A stretch of 64,000 nt of DNA, from assembly GCA_051362555.1 (NCBI GenBank), contig CM120646.1, positions 18,352,001 to 18,416,000 of the forward strand, given 5' to 3'. Under the pieces are notes generated by a model, which saw nothing but the letters and a program-made list of their open reading frames with translations, had not been told where the DNA came from and did no database searches. This document shows, one piece after another, positions 42,501-54,038 of the stretch. Every line of letters starts with the position of its first letter. Positions within the stretch are counted from its first letter, which is position 1. The position numbers were made by a program, and so were the translations under genes. The DNA comes from Lingula anatina. Taxonomy: Eukaryota; Animalia; Brachiopoda.

Positions 42501-44740
42501 ATTTTTTTAATGAACAATAACTTGAAATAAAAAGTCAACTTGGAAATACCATTTAACAAGACTGTAATGGAAGCTAAGAGGGTTATTCAGTGAACAAAAG
42601 AGTCCTCAAGTGCCAATTCAAAGTATACAACAACAAGAGATCAATAAAATTATGGTTAAATTTATTGTAGTCCTTTCACACTCTCACAACAGCCTGGAAG
42701 TTAAAAGAGTTGTTTACTTCACAATGGACTCTTATTTGTTTTGTTAAAAGGATATGTGTGTAGTTAACACCCTGATCAAGCTGCCTGGTGACCCCAGGGG
42801 GTTAACCCCAGGGATCAGAGTCAACCTAAACAACATATGCATACTAACCACCCCATCCAGGGTCTTTTTAAACCTGACTGGGAGGCTAATGTGGCCTTTG
42901 TTGTGGAATCAATTGAAGGTAAATATATAATTTTATTGAGGGTGGGGAAGGGGGATGGGGATTGGAATGGTGGGATAAGGGATGAAAAGTGGGATGGAAG
43001 TGATGGAATAAGGGATGGAGTTTGGGATGGGAGTGGTGGGTTAGGTGGTAGGGAGCGAGACAGAAGCAGTTGGCACACTGATGGCAGATTTGTAGATAGG
43101 ATTTCCAAATAAACATTCCATCATTAAGAAACAACAAATTTCAAGTTTTCTTGAAAACTCAAATACTGATCACCAATTAAACCTGTGCCAGAGTTGACTG
43201 CTATCCCAGTGAAACAAATAGGAATTATTAATTCATAATTATGAGGTAAAGATATAGTTCTATTCTATACATAAATGTAGAATCTGTCCCAGCCACAGAA
43301 AAAATTGTCTGTGGTAGGTCAGGATGATACCTTACACCCCAACACCTGTTCCTGGCCTCATGTTTCACCTGCCCAAAGGTAAGATCTTAAGTACACCTCT
43401 TAACATATAGATCTAGTTACCTACATCGAAACTTAAAAAAAAAACGTTCTCAAAATGCATGGTTAAGCCCAGCTGTCATAGCATTAAAGTATCTGTAAAA
43501 GGGCTTCGTATTGTTCTATATTACTTACTTTGCTGCACTGGTGTCAGGATTGAGTTGCTGATGACTAACTCAGAGAGGACAATTAAGATGTGGCATTTTT
43601 TTGCATGGATGTGTGATGCAAAGATAATAGTATGGTATTGGTGAACATTTTACATCTGAGAACAAGCTGTGTATATTTTTTGCCTTCCATCAAGAGTGTA
43701 ACTGCTGGGTAGTTATTATTTTTTTTTTTTGGGGGGGGGGGGGTTGTTGAATATCACAAAAGAGACTCAAATATAGAAAGGAAAATCCTAATGGAATTTA
43801 ATTTATACATATGCCTTTATTCTTTTATTTTCATTATTATTTTTTGTTAACTTATAATTTCCTTATCTTTCCTTATCTACATACCTGATGAGTGTCAAGA
43901 TGTGAATATACATGTATGATGACTTCAAACTCTCATAAATAAAGAAAAAAAAGAAGAAAAAATATATGTATATATCTACACCAAACATACTAGGGAAATG
44001 CAAAAGCATGTTTTCATATTTTTTCTATGGTAACTTTCTAGCATACTGGTATAATTTAATATACTTTAGATTGTTAAAACAATTCCTAATTCAAGTGAAA
44101 TAGCATGCCAGGTTTATCATATTCTGCTTATTAGCAAATGATATTCTAAGCATTTTGACTATTGATTCCTTTTATCTTCAGGTGCCCTATTAGTGCTCTT
44201 CTATTGTTAATATCTTACCACTTGAACAATGTATTCCTGTATTTTGAGAACCATAACATGACAGCTCACCTTCTCTGAAAAAAAAAAGAAAGAAAGAAAG
44301 GTTATGGGGAGTTCTACTGGGACTTATTCTGCTGATTAATCAGTAACAGACATCTGTGTCATTTTTTAATAGAGTTCACAATATGCCTGCTCCCACACCA
44401 ATTAAGGCATATCAGATGCCATGGACAACGTTGCTATGATTCAATTAGTGAAGTGTCTGTGCGTTCAGTATTTCAGCACAAGAGATTTCTTACACACGTT
44501 AAACTATAAACTGAACCACTATCAACATTATCACTCGTTTTAATTAGGACTAAATTAAGAGAAATTAAGCTCTTTAGACGAATTAAATAAACCTATTAAT
44601 GAATTAAATTTAATAAACACACAAATAAATACAAATGGTAAATCGTTCAAAGATTTACCTTATTTCAGTTTTCACAAATGACATTGTCATTGGGTTAAAT
44701 AGGCCATAGATAATTTTCTATGTATTTTAGTAGGGGAAAT

Positions 44741-44742
<2 letters not shown>

Positions 44743-44775
<33 letters not shown>
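44743..44775. repeat. (TA)n microsatellite
   Basis: Direct reading. Confidence 0.95.
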
Positions 44776-44779
<4 letters not shown>

Positions 44780-45094
44780 CTTGACATTTAATATGGAATA
44801 TTTTTTCAAAATCATTATTCATCAGTTTTTTTCCTATTTTGCAGACTGATAAATAAAAATAAGGATTAAAATCGTGTTTTAATAACTTTTGATAAAATGT
44901 TCCATGTTATTGCGACATCAGTTCTTTCATTGACTTCGCCAGTGAAGCAAACAAAAATGCATTGCCAATTTTAAGTCATATGACAACCATTGAAAGGGAT
45001 ATTTTGGATCTCCATATCTTCCAAATTATCGTCTTTAAAAGAGTTACACGACCCACAAAGGACCCTCATGTCAGTGTCTAGTCACAGTAACAGT

Positions 45095-46050
45095 AGCTGC
45101 TATGCCTGACCTTGTCTTCGTGCTACCAGAGCTTTCAAGAGGCAAGGCATTTCTTGCGATAGTGTTTTTAGAATTTAATCTGGAATAAAATTCCAGTCAA
45201 CGGTTAAAACTTGTCCAATTTGGTTCAGTTTTGTTGTAGGACATGCAGGCCGTTGATTCAGCGACTATTGACCGAACCACATATTGTCAAAGTGGTTCAA
45301 ATATGGCGATTTTGATGACCAAGGTAGCTGCTTATTCCTTTGGTTCTGTAAGTTATATCTGCTATAAAAAATTCTCTGTGTGAACCAATAATCTGATTGT
45401 GCCACCTTAAACTGTTCCTAAGGTGCCCCCTATCAAATGATAGTCAAGTGGTTCCCAGATTATTCCTTTATTTGATCTGGTTCAGGTTTTCATCGATGAC
45501 TTCCATTGGTGTTTTGGCACCAATGTGGTATCAACTCCAAATATTGACGCTATCAATGGCCCTAGTCACTTCAGAAGCGGCACACACCTTGTCGTAGGCC
45601 TCTTCTGGATGTCTGTTAACTCTTTTTTGACCAATTTAGCGGTACTGGTGAAATCTGACCTCAATAAAGAAAACAACGCAATTTCAGTGTTCTGCCCAGA
45701 AACGGTCATGGTCCCCAATTCATTAGAGAAACAGACTACGCTGTTTTGCTGTTTACAGTGGCTTCCTCAGAGGTCGCCTAATATCCTAACCTGCTGAAAC
45801 CATTTCGGCCTTTGCTTAGCGCCTTGAAAAACGCGTTTTGGTGACAATTTGCCCCTCATTTAAAACGGACTAGGTGGTTTTGGTTTAATTGTAGCAGCAT
45901 TTCCTGAAGGACAATGAGTCCTGTATCCTGGTGGTAAGATATCGATACATTGGACGTGTTGTCTGTGTGGGTACATAACCCTGGGCATTACTCTATGAAA
46001 CTGTGCGGACAGTTCTGTTTGGGGCAACAGTCTGTCTGGCAATGTCTGTT
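45095..46050 (-). mobile_element. Decayed Tc1-family transposase (pseudogene with stops and frameshifts)
   Basis: Minus-strand translation gives RRPLRKPL*TAKQR, EH*NCVVFFIEVRF..GQKRVNRHPEEAY, SVNIWS*YHIGAKTPMEVIDENLNQIK*, LPWSSKSPYLNHFDNMW and EMPCLLKALVA, collinear with Tc1 motifs (RRP.RKPLLT, W..V.FSDESRF, SVMVWG, WP..SPDLNPIENLW, SMP.R..AV). TIRs not located. Confidence 0.8.
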
Positions 46051-46479
46051 TTTTTTTTTCACGCCATTCTGACACAGCTTAACGATTTTGATAAACAAGG
46101 CTTAACTTATTTTACGCACTGCAAAACCGACCGCTTGCATGCAAAATTTCAAATTCTTCTATGCAATGGTTGCCGACATATGGATACATTTTTGACAGAA
46201 CCATGCCTCGCCAAAGCCAAGCTTTAGCCAGCCCAAAGGAGCACTACCCAATCAAATCACTGCATATTACACAATGCAGCAATGCTTCAGACTTGGTAAT
46301 CAGTTAATTGGTAGAGACACACCTGTCTTCACACTTCTCCAGTCAGATATCTTATATGAGATCTGAATTTTTTTAAAAAAGAACGCATTTTTCCTAGGTA
46401 TACCTTTAAAACTGAAATATTCCATATTAAATGTCAAGTCTGTATATATAATGATAATGCCCATTTCTGCAAATGTAGT

Positions 46480-46810
46480 GTAACATACATGTGTATTCCC
46501 GCGAAAAAAAAAAACTTACTGAGTTTCTTGAGGTAAACGGTATTTTAACTCCGACTAAACATACTTTGGTCCTTCTTTCCTGATGCACGTCGCAATTCTG
46601 TAACAAGCTAGGTATACAACGTTTTTTTACACACGCGTGGGTTTTTCAAATTCCGCTATCTCCACGTGCTTGAAGTGACTTCCTGGTTGCGCGCGATTAG
46701 TGCAAAGATATTTGACAGCTGGTGGCGAAGTTCGTCAGGAGGAGATAAATAGGATTTATTTTGGCAAAATTTATTCATGGCATTTATCTGTTAAAATGAT
46801 CAGAAATATT
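46480..46810. mobile_element. Diverged copy of the repeat at 62819-63274
   Basis: Collinear similarity blocks as listed for 62819-63274; ends approximate. Confidence 0.5.
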
Positions 46811-47188
46811 ACGTGTCCTCATTAGTTCAACGTCAATAAGGCACGCCCAAAAAGTTTTTTAAAAAACTCCATATTCGGCATACTAGGGACCTACAGTATA
46901 CAGCCTACAACAAACACTTAATTTCTTAACTCCTTCATGTTCAATAGAGCTATTAACCTCCGGACTATTGAGACCCCCCTCCTTCCCCGTTGTTCCAAAA
47001 AACGGATCCCCCTTCACACAATCCTGGATCCGTCCCGGATTTTTATATAGGCCCTATTATAATAACTGAGTCCAGTAAACCATTTATTATTAAAACCTTT
47101 TATTTATCGTAGGGCACAGTTTATACCAAATCGGAATAAGATGTACCACGTAGATACAAGAACTAGTTCAAATGTTGAAAAGCGATAA

Positions 47189-48163
47189 GGCCACACTTTT
47201 TTATTTTTATGGATGACATCCTCTGGGTACCCCAAAATTGGTGCGAGAGGGCGAAAAAAAAAAAAACAGTCAAAAAAAAAAAAACTGCTTAAGTAAAGGA
47301 ATGCTGTCAGTACACAGCTGGAAACACAAATTTAACCACAGAAACACGTATCAAACTAACAATATGTCTTTATCCATGCTCTCAAAATATTAAAGCATTG
47401 TGAATACTTCGTAGAAATGTAAAAAAAGTCATGAATTGATATACTTCATATTACCAAATCTATTTATGGTTATTTCATGCATTCATTTGGTATAGCAATC
47501 AATAAAACAAATATCAATCAAACAGTGTGTCTTTATTTATATTCTAAGAATATTAAAACATTTTGAACACTTCACAGAAATGTTTAAAAAATGATGCAAA
47601 GATATGCTTAATACTACCAAATCTATTAAAGGTCATTTCAGACGATGCCATTTTGTCAACTTCAACTCACACGAAGCAGCTAAACTGTCAGGTGGCCTGT
47701 CCGACCTTCAGCCCACCAAATACCTCGACGCCCTTGTCGACCCTTTTTTCGCTACAGAAAACCTGGTATTAATGTGCTGCTTTATACAGAATGTCACAGA
47801 AATGTTTCGGCCGCCGCCAGCCTTTCGCACAATTGTAAAAAGGTGATATCTCCATGCCCAATATCAATGGCATACCAATCCAAAACGATGGCGCCCGTTC
47901 TCTTTATGACTTTTATTGTTGTGTAATTTGAAAGTAATCCTAGAGATGAATTTGACAGCAAAGTGGCCGCATTTCCAAGTGGCGAAAATACGCATGCGCA
48001 GAAAGCTCATTTCCTTGCAAATTCAATAACAACGTTTGCGACAACCGACTTCGTTGGGGGCTGGGGGGGGGGGCTTTTTTTTTTTTTTTTTTTTTTTTTT
48101 GGAGAACGGGCGAAAATCCATGCGCGCGCAGGATGTCATCCATAAAATTAAAAAAGTGTGGCC
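47189..48163. mobile_element. Non-autonomous DNA transposon, PIF/Harbinger-like (975 bp)
   Basis: 33-bp TIRs GGCCACACTTTTTTA(T/A)TTTTATGGATGACATCC with one mismatch, flanked by TAA at 47186-47188 and 48164-48166 (3-bp TSD typical of PIF/Harbinger). Confidence 0.75.
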
Positions 48164-48612
48164 TAACGGTAATAGACCTCTTTGGATGATTGAGGTAGTG
48201 CTTCTCAACAAAAGCATTGCTGACGTGCAGTATCGCCCCGCTAACACAATCCGCAATATAGATCAAGAGGCCAAGCATTTGTGACTTGGAGCCTCGAATT
48301 TGATCGCGTATTAATTGCCTGAACCGCGATTTCATGACCCAATTGTAAAAAAAAGCCTTAATCTACATTAATTATTCAAGATAGATAAAAAGCTGAAAAA
48401 TAAATCAAGCAATAATGTATTACCATAATCTACTATCTGCAAGTTTATTCGGGAGAAAAGCGCTCCGGTGCATGCAGGTCGCAGATTATAATGGGGAGTT
48501 CGCAACGACTGTTCTTACCCTTTTTTAAATAATTTAACATAAACATGTCTTCATTCATGCTTTTTACATCAGGCTGGATTTGTGAAAATATACAAAAATT
48601 GATAACAACAAC

Positions 48613-48613
48613 A

Positions 48614-48669
<56 letters not shown>
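48613..48669. repeat. (ATT)n microsatellite downstream of the NAT stop codon
   Basis: Direct reading; explains the poly-Ile ORFs in the track. Confidence 0.95.
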
Positions 48670-48670
<1 letters not shown>

Positions 48671-48951
48671 ACAAAATGCCCACGCCCCACCTTACCCTCT
48701 ACCAGGTTCATAGAGAGAATGTATTCACTAAATGATGCCCATTTTTTTTCACAGAAATGACGTCATCAGCCAGCTACCTGGCGTCTGGTCTCTGGAAGAG
48801 AGTAGTTAGCCACACAGAGATGGATCTAGAAATTTAACATGCATCACTAAAATTGACATTAAAACTTGTAGTGGCCTAGATACCAATATGGATGTCGATC
48901 GGTAGTGAATTTTATACCATAACTGGGAGGCATTTCCATCATATGTATTGC

Positions 48952-49683
48952 TTAAGGTGCTACATTACAAACCGGTTCAATTGGGGCCAAGGCAATTCGG
49001 TCACATGGATTTATATCATTGTTTTTATCTAATCGCAAACTAAATGAGTGTCTTTTGTAAGGGGTCAAAAAGCAAACTGCGGGAGCCTGGAAAACCCCCA
49101 TTTCTTTAAAGCCGCATTGCTTATAAAACCGTCGAGCGCCAAAGTGGAATTCTGTTGTTGTCAGGACTATTTCTTTATAGTCATTTTTCTTGCAGAAATC
49201 CACTGCCTTGTCAACGAGTGTCTTCCCAACTCCAAGTCGTCTAAAATCTGGCTGTATGGACAGTCTTTTCAACTCTGCCACGCACTCACTATTCTTATCA
49301 ACAGCAACAGAACCAATGACGCCTCCGTCGTATTCCGCCACCCAAAACCGTGTCTTACGCCTGTTATAATGCTCGAATAGATTGACTTTCTCCTCCTTAT
49401 ATGTCCCTTCATAGACCCGGCGTTCCAATTGAACAAAGGTATAAATACCTCCAGTCCACAGGATGATCGTGGCAAGCGTAGCCACTAATGGCGTTTCGGT
49501 CAGAGCCCAGAGCAAGACCCAAGTCGCAATTGAGGCACTGATGGAGCATCGTCGCAGCAGTGCTCTTCTAAATACCCTCCAAAACACCAAATTGTTTCTA
49601 TTGTTCATCACCATCTCCCATATCAGTCTACATTCGTTTTTGTCTGGTGATACGGTCCGTATGATAAATTTGCCTCCATCCAT
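48952..49683 (-). CDS. GNAT-family N-acetyltransferase, camello/NAT8-like, 243 aa, single coding exon
   Basis: Intact ORF. Internal hydrophobic segment (IATWVLLWALTETPLVATLATIILWTGGIYTFV) followed by GNAT core: FWVAEYDGGVIGSVAV, AELKRLSIQPDFRRLGVG (acetyl-CoA motif A, RxxGxG) and LTTTEFHFGARRFYKQCGF (motif B). This layout matches NAT8/camello proteins. Confidence 0.88.
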   Translation of the reverse strand: MDGGKFIIRTVSPDKNECRLIWEMVMNNRNNLVFWRVFRRALLRRCSISASIATWVLLWALTETPLVATLATIILWTGGIYTFVQLERRVYEGTYKEEKVNLFEHYNRRKTRFWVAEYDGGVIGSVAVDKNSECVAELKRLSIQPDFRRLGVGKTLVDKAVDFCKKNDYKEIVLTTTEFHFGARRFYKQCGFKEMGVFQAPAVCFLTPYKRHSFSLRLDKNNDINPCDRIALAPIEPVCNVAP

Positions 49684-50200
49684 GTCGCAGAATTAATAAG
49701 GCTGAATCAGAGCGTGGAATAAGCGTGAACCTCTTTCTCTTAAACCATTCTCCTTTCAGTCCTTTAACGACAGGATATATACTGATTATTCTAGTACAGG
49801 AAACGCCTCTTGAACGCTAAACCAAGATTCTGTCCACGGCAAAAATCCGCCTTGCACCCCAAGAAAAAGAGCACACGGGGACAACCAATCAAACAGACCT
49901 TACAAGTATGTTGTTGACACCTGAGGTAGTCCATAGCTGTTACTTAAGGTCATAACGCACCTGGCTTCCAAACTACTGACCATATATTTTTTTCGGTTGT
50001 TTGTACCGGTCCACAAACTGACAGGCTACAAATTTCTCTTTGTCACATTCTGCTTACTGCCTACGACTAACCTACTGGAGCAATACCATTCAGAATGCAT
50101 TGTGAGGGACAAACACGCCTCCACTTGGTTTCAACGTATTGAAATAATCCCCAGCTTCTCTAAGTCCATAAGGTCTGACCGGAAAATACTTCTAGAAATG

Positions 50201-50368
50201 CAGGGGCGGATTTAGGCCGTCTTCTGGGTCTTCCGGAAGACGGTCAGATTTTCAAGTTTACATTGACGGGTATCTATTTTTTTCTGTCGGAAGACGGTCA
50301 AATATGGAGGTTGGATCAACAAAGATAATTTGGAAGACTGTCAGAAAATATCTCTGGATCCGCCCCTG
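50201..50368. mobile_element. MITE family A, copy 3 (opposite orientation), ~520 bp upstream of the NAT start codon
   Basis: TIR CAGGGGCGGAT...ATCCGCCCCTG; flanking repeat AAATG; reverse complement aligns with copy 1. Confidence 0.85.
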
Positions 50369-51241
50369 AAATGAGCATGCTTTTCCATTTTTGCGAGTGT
50401 GAAACACTGGGAGTGTTATTATGAATTCCAAATGTCCCAAAGTAATTACTTTTGGGTCCGTTAACTTCATTTTCCTTGCCAATATGTCACAATTTGAATA
50501 TTTAGACTGGAACGTTTTACCTATCAATGAAGGGCGGACTTACTGTTCCACGGACCTTCAGTTTCGTTACACCGGCAATATAAGCCTTCGTAATGGCAAG
50601 AAGGTATAAATTGTTCCGAAAGGAAAAAGAGATGCTTTTTACAGACGACTTACCAAAAAATAAATAAATAAATAAAATAAAATAAATAAATGAATAAATA
50701 AATAAAAAGGGCACATTTAGTGTGGTTAACGGCCTTCGATATTTATTATTTTAGCTTTTTTAAAACAAAATCTATAAACATACTTAGACTCGCGATTTTG
50801 GAAATGGTTTGAAACGATATCAAGGGACACCTAATAGACTATCTGTATTATACGCAACGCCAGGAGGAAGCATGTTAGTCTGAATCTGCTTGCATTCAGC
50901 AAGAGCCCCGTGGAATTTGTAGTGCACAGTAGATAGGTCGACATAACTTATTCTGAACGGCCTGAAAGACTTGTGGAAAAAATCATAACATGAGCATAGC
51001 GAAAAGGGTGAGGAAAGTTGGGTTCTTCACAATTATGGCAGGAGAGGCAACCGAGTGTATTGGGTACCTTAGCAACAACTCGTGCTACGCTACCCTTTCA
51101 CTGTACGTGTCTGTCAAACTTTGAAAGATTATAATAATGAAGATAATGATAAATGGTAATTGTATTTATATATCTGTGGCGGGATTTGGAGGCCTGTCAG
51201 AAAACGTGCCTGGATTCGCTCCTGCAGGAATGCATTTACGC

Positions 51242-53997
51242 CTATAGAACTCCTTGTTTAACCAATAGTTTAGCGTATCTTTGCGTCTTTTCTGTTAGGA
51301 TGTTTACTTCTTTGCTCAGATTCATAATTTTGTCGTCTGCCTCACTCAGCGTGTGTTTCAAGTTGTTAATTTCGCTCTCTTGCTTCATCACGTGCTCGTC
51401 ACGTTGTCTTATCGTCTGCTTGAGTCCTTGAACCGTGACGTCCTTGTCCTCGTCTATGCACTGCCCCAGCTCTACGACCTGTAATAGTATAAGTTTTGTA
51501 CTGCTTTTACATACTGTCAAATAAAGAATATGAGCGTCTAGTAATTTCCAAAGTTATTGCAGACACTTCCTTTAAGTCACAATAATATTTTTATATCTTT
51601 ATATCAATTGCATATATTTTTATATCAAATGCAATGTAAATACACAAAAGCAAAGACCTGGGCAAATCCCTAACTTCGTGTAAGAAAAATTAGGAAATGC
51701 TAAAAACATGTAATGGTGGATAAGTGCAAATTTGACCCAAGTGTACCATTAAAGTAGGCCTTACGTGTATTTCTGGCATTTTTGCTTTGCGTAAAAATGC
51801 CATTGTGAGAAGGGGTTGTCTCTTCAAATTACCTGTTGCTCCACCAACTTCAAGGCCTGAGAAAGCTCTGCATTTCCAGTACTTAGCTGACTGTTAGCGT
51901 CTCTCATGGTCTTTAATTTTTGCACCATTCTGTTGTGCTGTTCCCGCAGGTGGGTGTTCTCTCTGTCGTACTCGGTTCCTAGTCGATAAAGATCCGTATT
52001 CTGCTCTTCGAGTCTGCCTACTTGAGTCTTGAGATGGTCCACATCTTGTTCCAGGCCTATGACTTTCCGCTCCTGGCTTTCTATCTGCTCAAGGAGGCGG
52101 TTGTTTTGGTCTGTCAGTCGTTCCTTTTCCTTTTCTAGACCCTGGTTAGAAAAATGGATCAATTTGTGAAAACAGTCATGAAGGCTTGTGTATTTTCTTG
52201 TCAGTTTTTTTTTTTTTTTTTTTTTTTTTTTTGGCTGCTGTTGTCAACGCCGTGTGCACGTGTGTGTAAGTAATAAGGAAAGTGAGAGAAAGGGGGGGAA
52301 GCAACGAGCTTTTAAAGATTTTTTGTACGCCCTGGAAAATGTTCTTAAGTCACATTAAAGCCTAAATATCTTATAAAGCTAACCACCTTCCCCGCTTCAG
52401 CATGAAGCAAGCATTTGTGAAAAGAAAAAAATGTTTTTTTTTTTCAAAAAAAATTATACTTGGTGCGACAACCCCGTATAGAATACCTTTAAGATTTTTT
52501 TTTTTTTTTTTTTTTTTTGTGATTACTTTTTTTCCCTTTTCTTGATTCCATTGTATGCAAATATTTGTTTCATTACAAGCCAAAATGTATTCAACCAACT
52601 TTGAAGATTACTTTTTTTTTACACAAGCTGTGGACATCAAATAATAATGAATTAAAATAACAATTAATTCCAATCTTTTGCATATAACTTACAATTTTCC
52701 ATTTTAACAGGCCCTCATAAGTTTTTTTCATTTTCTTCTTTTCGTCTTTCATTTCATCTACAGTTTCCCTCAGTTCACTAGCCTCGTATTCTAATTCATC
52801 ATACTTCGTCTGCAACTTTTGATAATCTCCCTCTTTAACGGTCATTTTAAAAGTCCATTCTTTTATTTGAACTTTCTTTTCTTTGACCTCAGAGTTGCTC
52901 TCTGCGAGGCGGCGCCTCGTGTCAAGAAAATCCGAGGCCAGAATGTTCAGTTTTGCCGCCTTTTTGTCTACGTCTTGTACAATGACATCAAGGTCGCGGT
53001 CCTCTTGGGACTCTTTAACGTGTTCTGTCATTATCATTCTATCAATGGCTCGTTTCATCTCCTCATTGATGTAATCAAGGTTCTTTTTAGCAGCGTTTAC
53101 TGTTTCCTGAAGGCTGGCCAGCTCTGTTGTCTTGTTCTGCAGAGTATTTTCTAGTGCTGCAATGGCGGATGACTTTTGTTCCCCCTCTACAGCCAGTAGT
53201 TGGGCACGTTCGCGGAGATCAGCGTCTTCGGCGTATTTCATTTGGTAATCTAACACCGTAGCTCTCAACTGTGAAAAGTAATAAAAATAAATGATAATTT
53301 TAAAGTGCCCTACTGTACTCATACCAAAGAGTTTACAGTTACCATCAAATACAGATGCAATATAACAACGTACACTACATAAAACCCCTATATGCACCAT
53401 AGCTACTCTTTACTCCTCTCTACCAGGGCCACAGATTGATTTTGCATGAAATATTCACGGATATGATATAACTCTGGCTAATTCACGACACGATTTTCTA
53501 CAGTCGATGTCTTTGACTAACCCATGACACAATTCCCTCTGGCTAAGAGAATTGTTTACAGTAGAGATCGAATATTGAGTTATGAATAAGCCAGAGATAT
53601 ATCCTTGAATATCTAGTGAAAAATCAATTTATGGCCCTGGTAGAAGGCACATCAGTACCAGAGCCCATTCGAAATGTTACAAAATTGGTTGAAAGTCCTT
53701 TAGCCGATTTTGTGACTACGAGACCAGCTTAATGGACCTCTGGTAGGGAATGCACCATAGCAAAGTTCAAATGGTGCCATTTGCTTCCACTCGTATCCCC
53801 ATACCTCCTTGTTTCTTTCTCTAAGATTTCTGTTTTCTTTCACCAACCAGGTGGCGTCCCAGCCCTGAGCAGTACACGTCTGTGGCCTCATGGTCTCGCG
53901 CTTCATGCGCTTCACGTGCAGAGACTAAAAATATCGAAAAAAAAATAGAATCATAGCATGACGATTTGAAGACCAGAAATCTCGAGTGCGACGTCAT

Positions 53998-54038
<41 letters not shown>

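Noticed and set aside
47940-48335. 131-aa and overlapping ORFs with poly-Lys or poly-Phe
   Set aside because: They cross homopolymer runs and a transposon TIR; no transposase or Myb-like motif visible.
48445-48760. Poly-Ile ORFs on both strands
   Set aside because: Artefact of the (ATT)n microsatellite.
49048-49696. Plus-strand ORFs opposite the NAT gene (similarly 51153-51431 and 52819-53154)
   Set aside because: Antisense shadows of real coding exons.
52591-53400. 269-aa ORF as a stand-alone gene
   Set aside because: Its ends are intronic read-through; only 53268-52693 is exon 3 of the coiled-coil gene.
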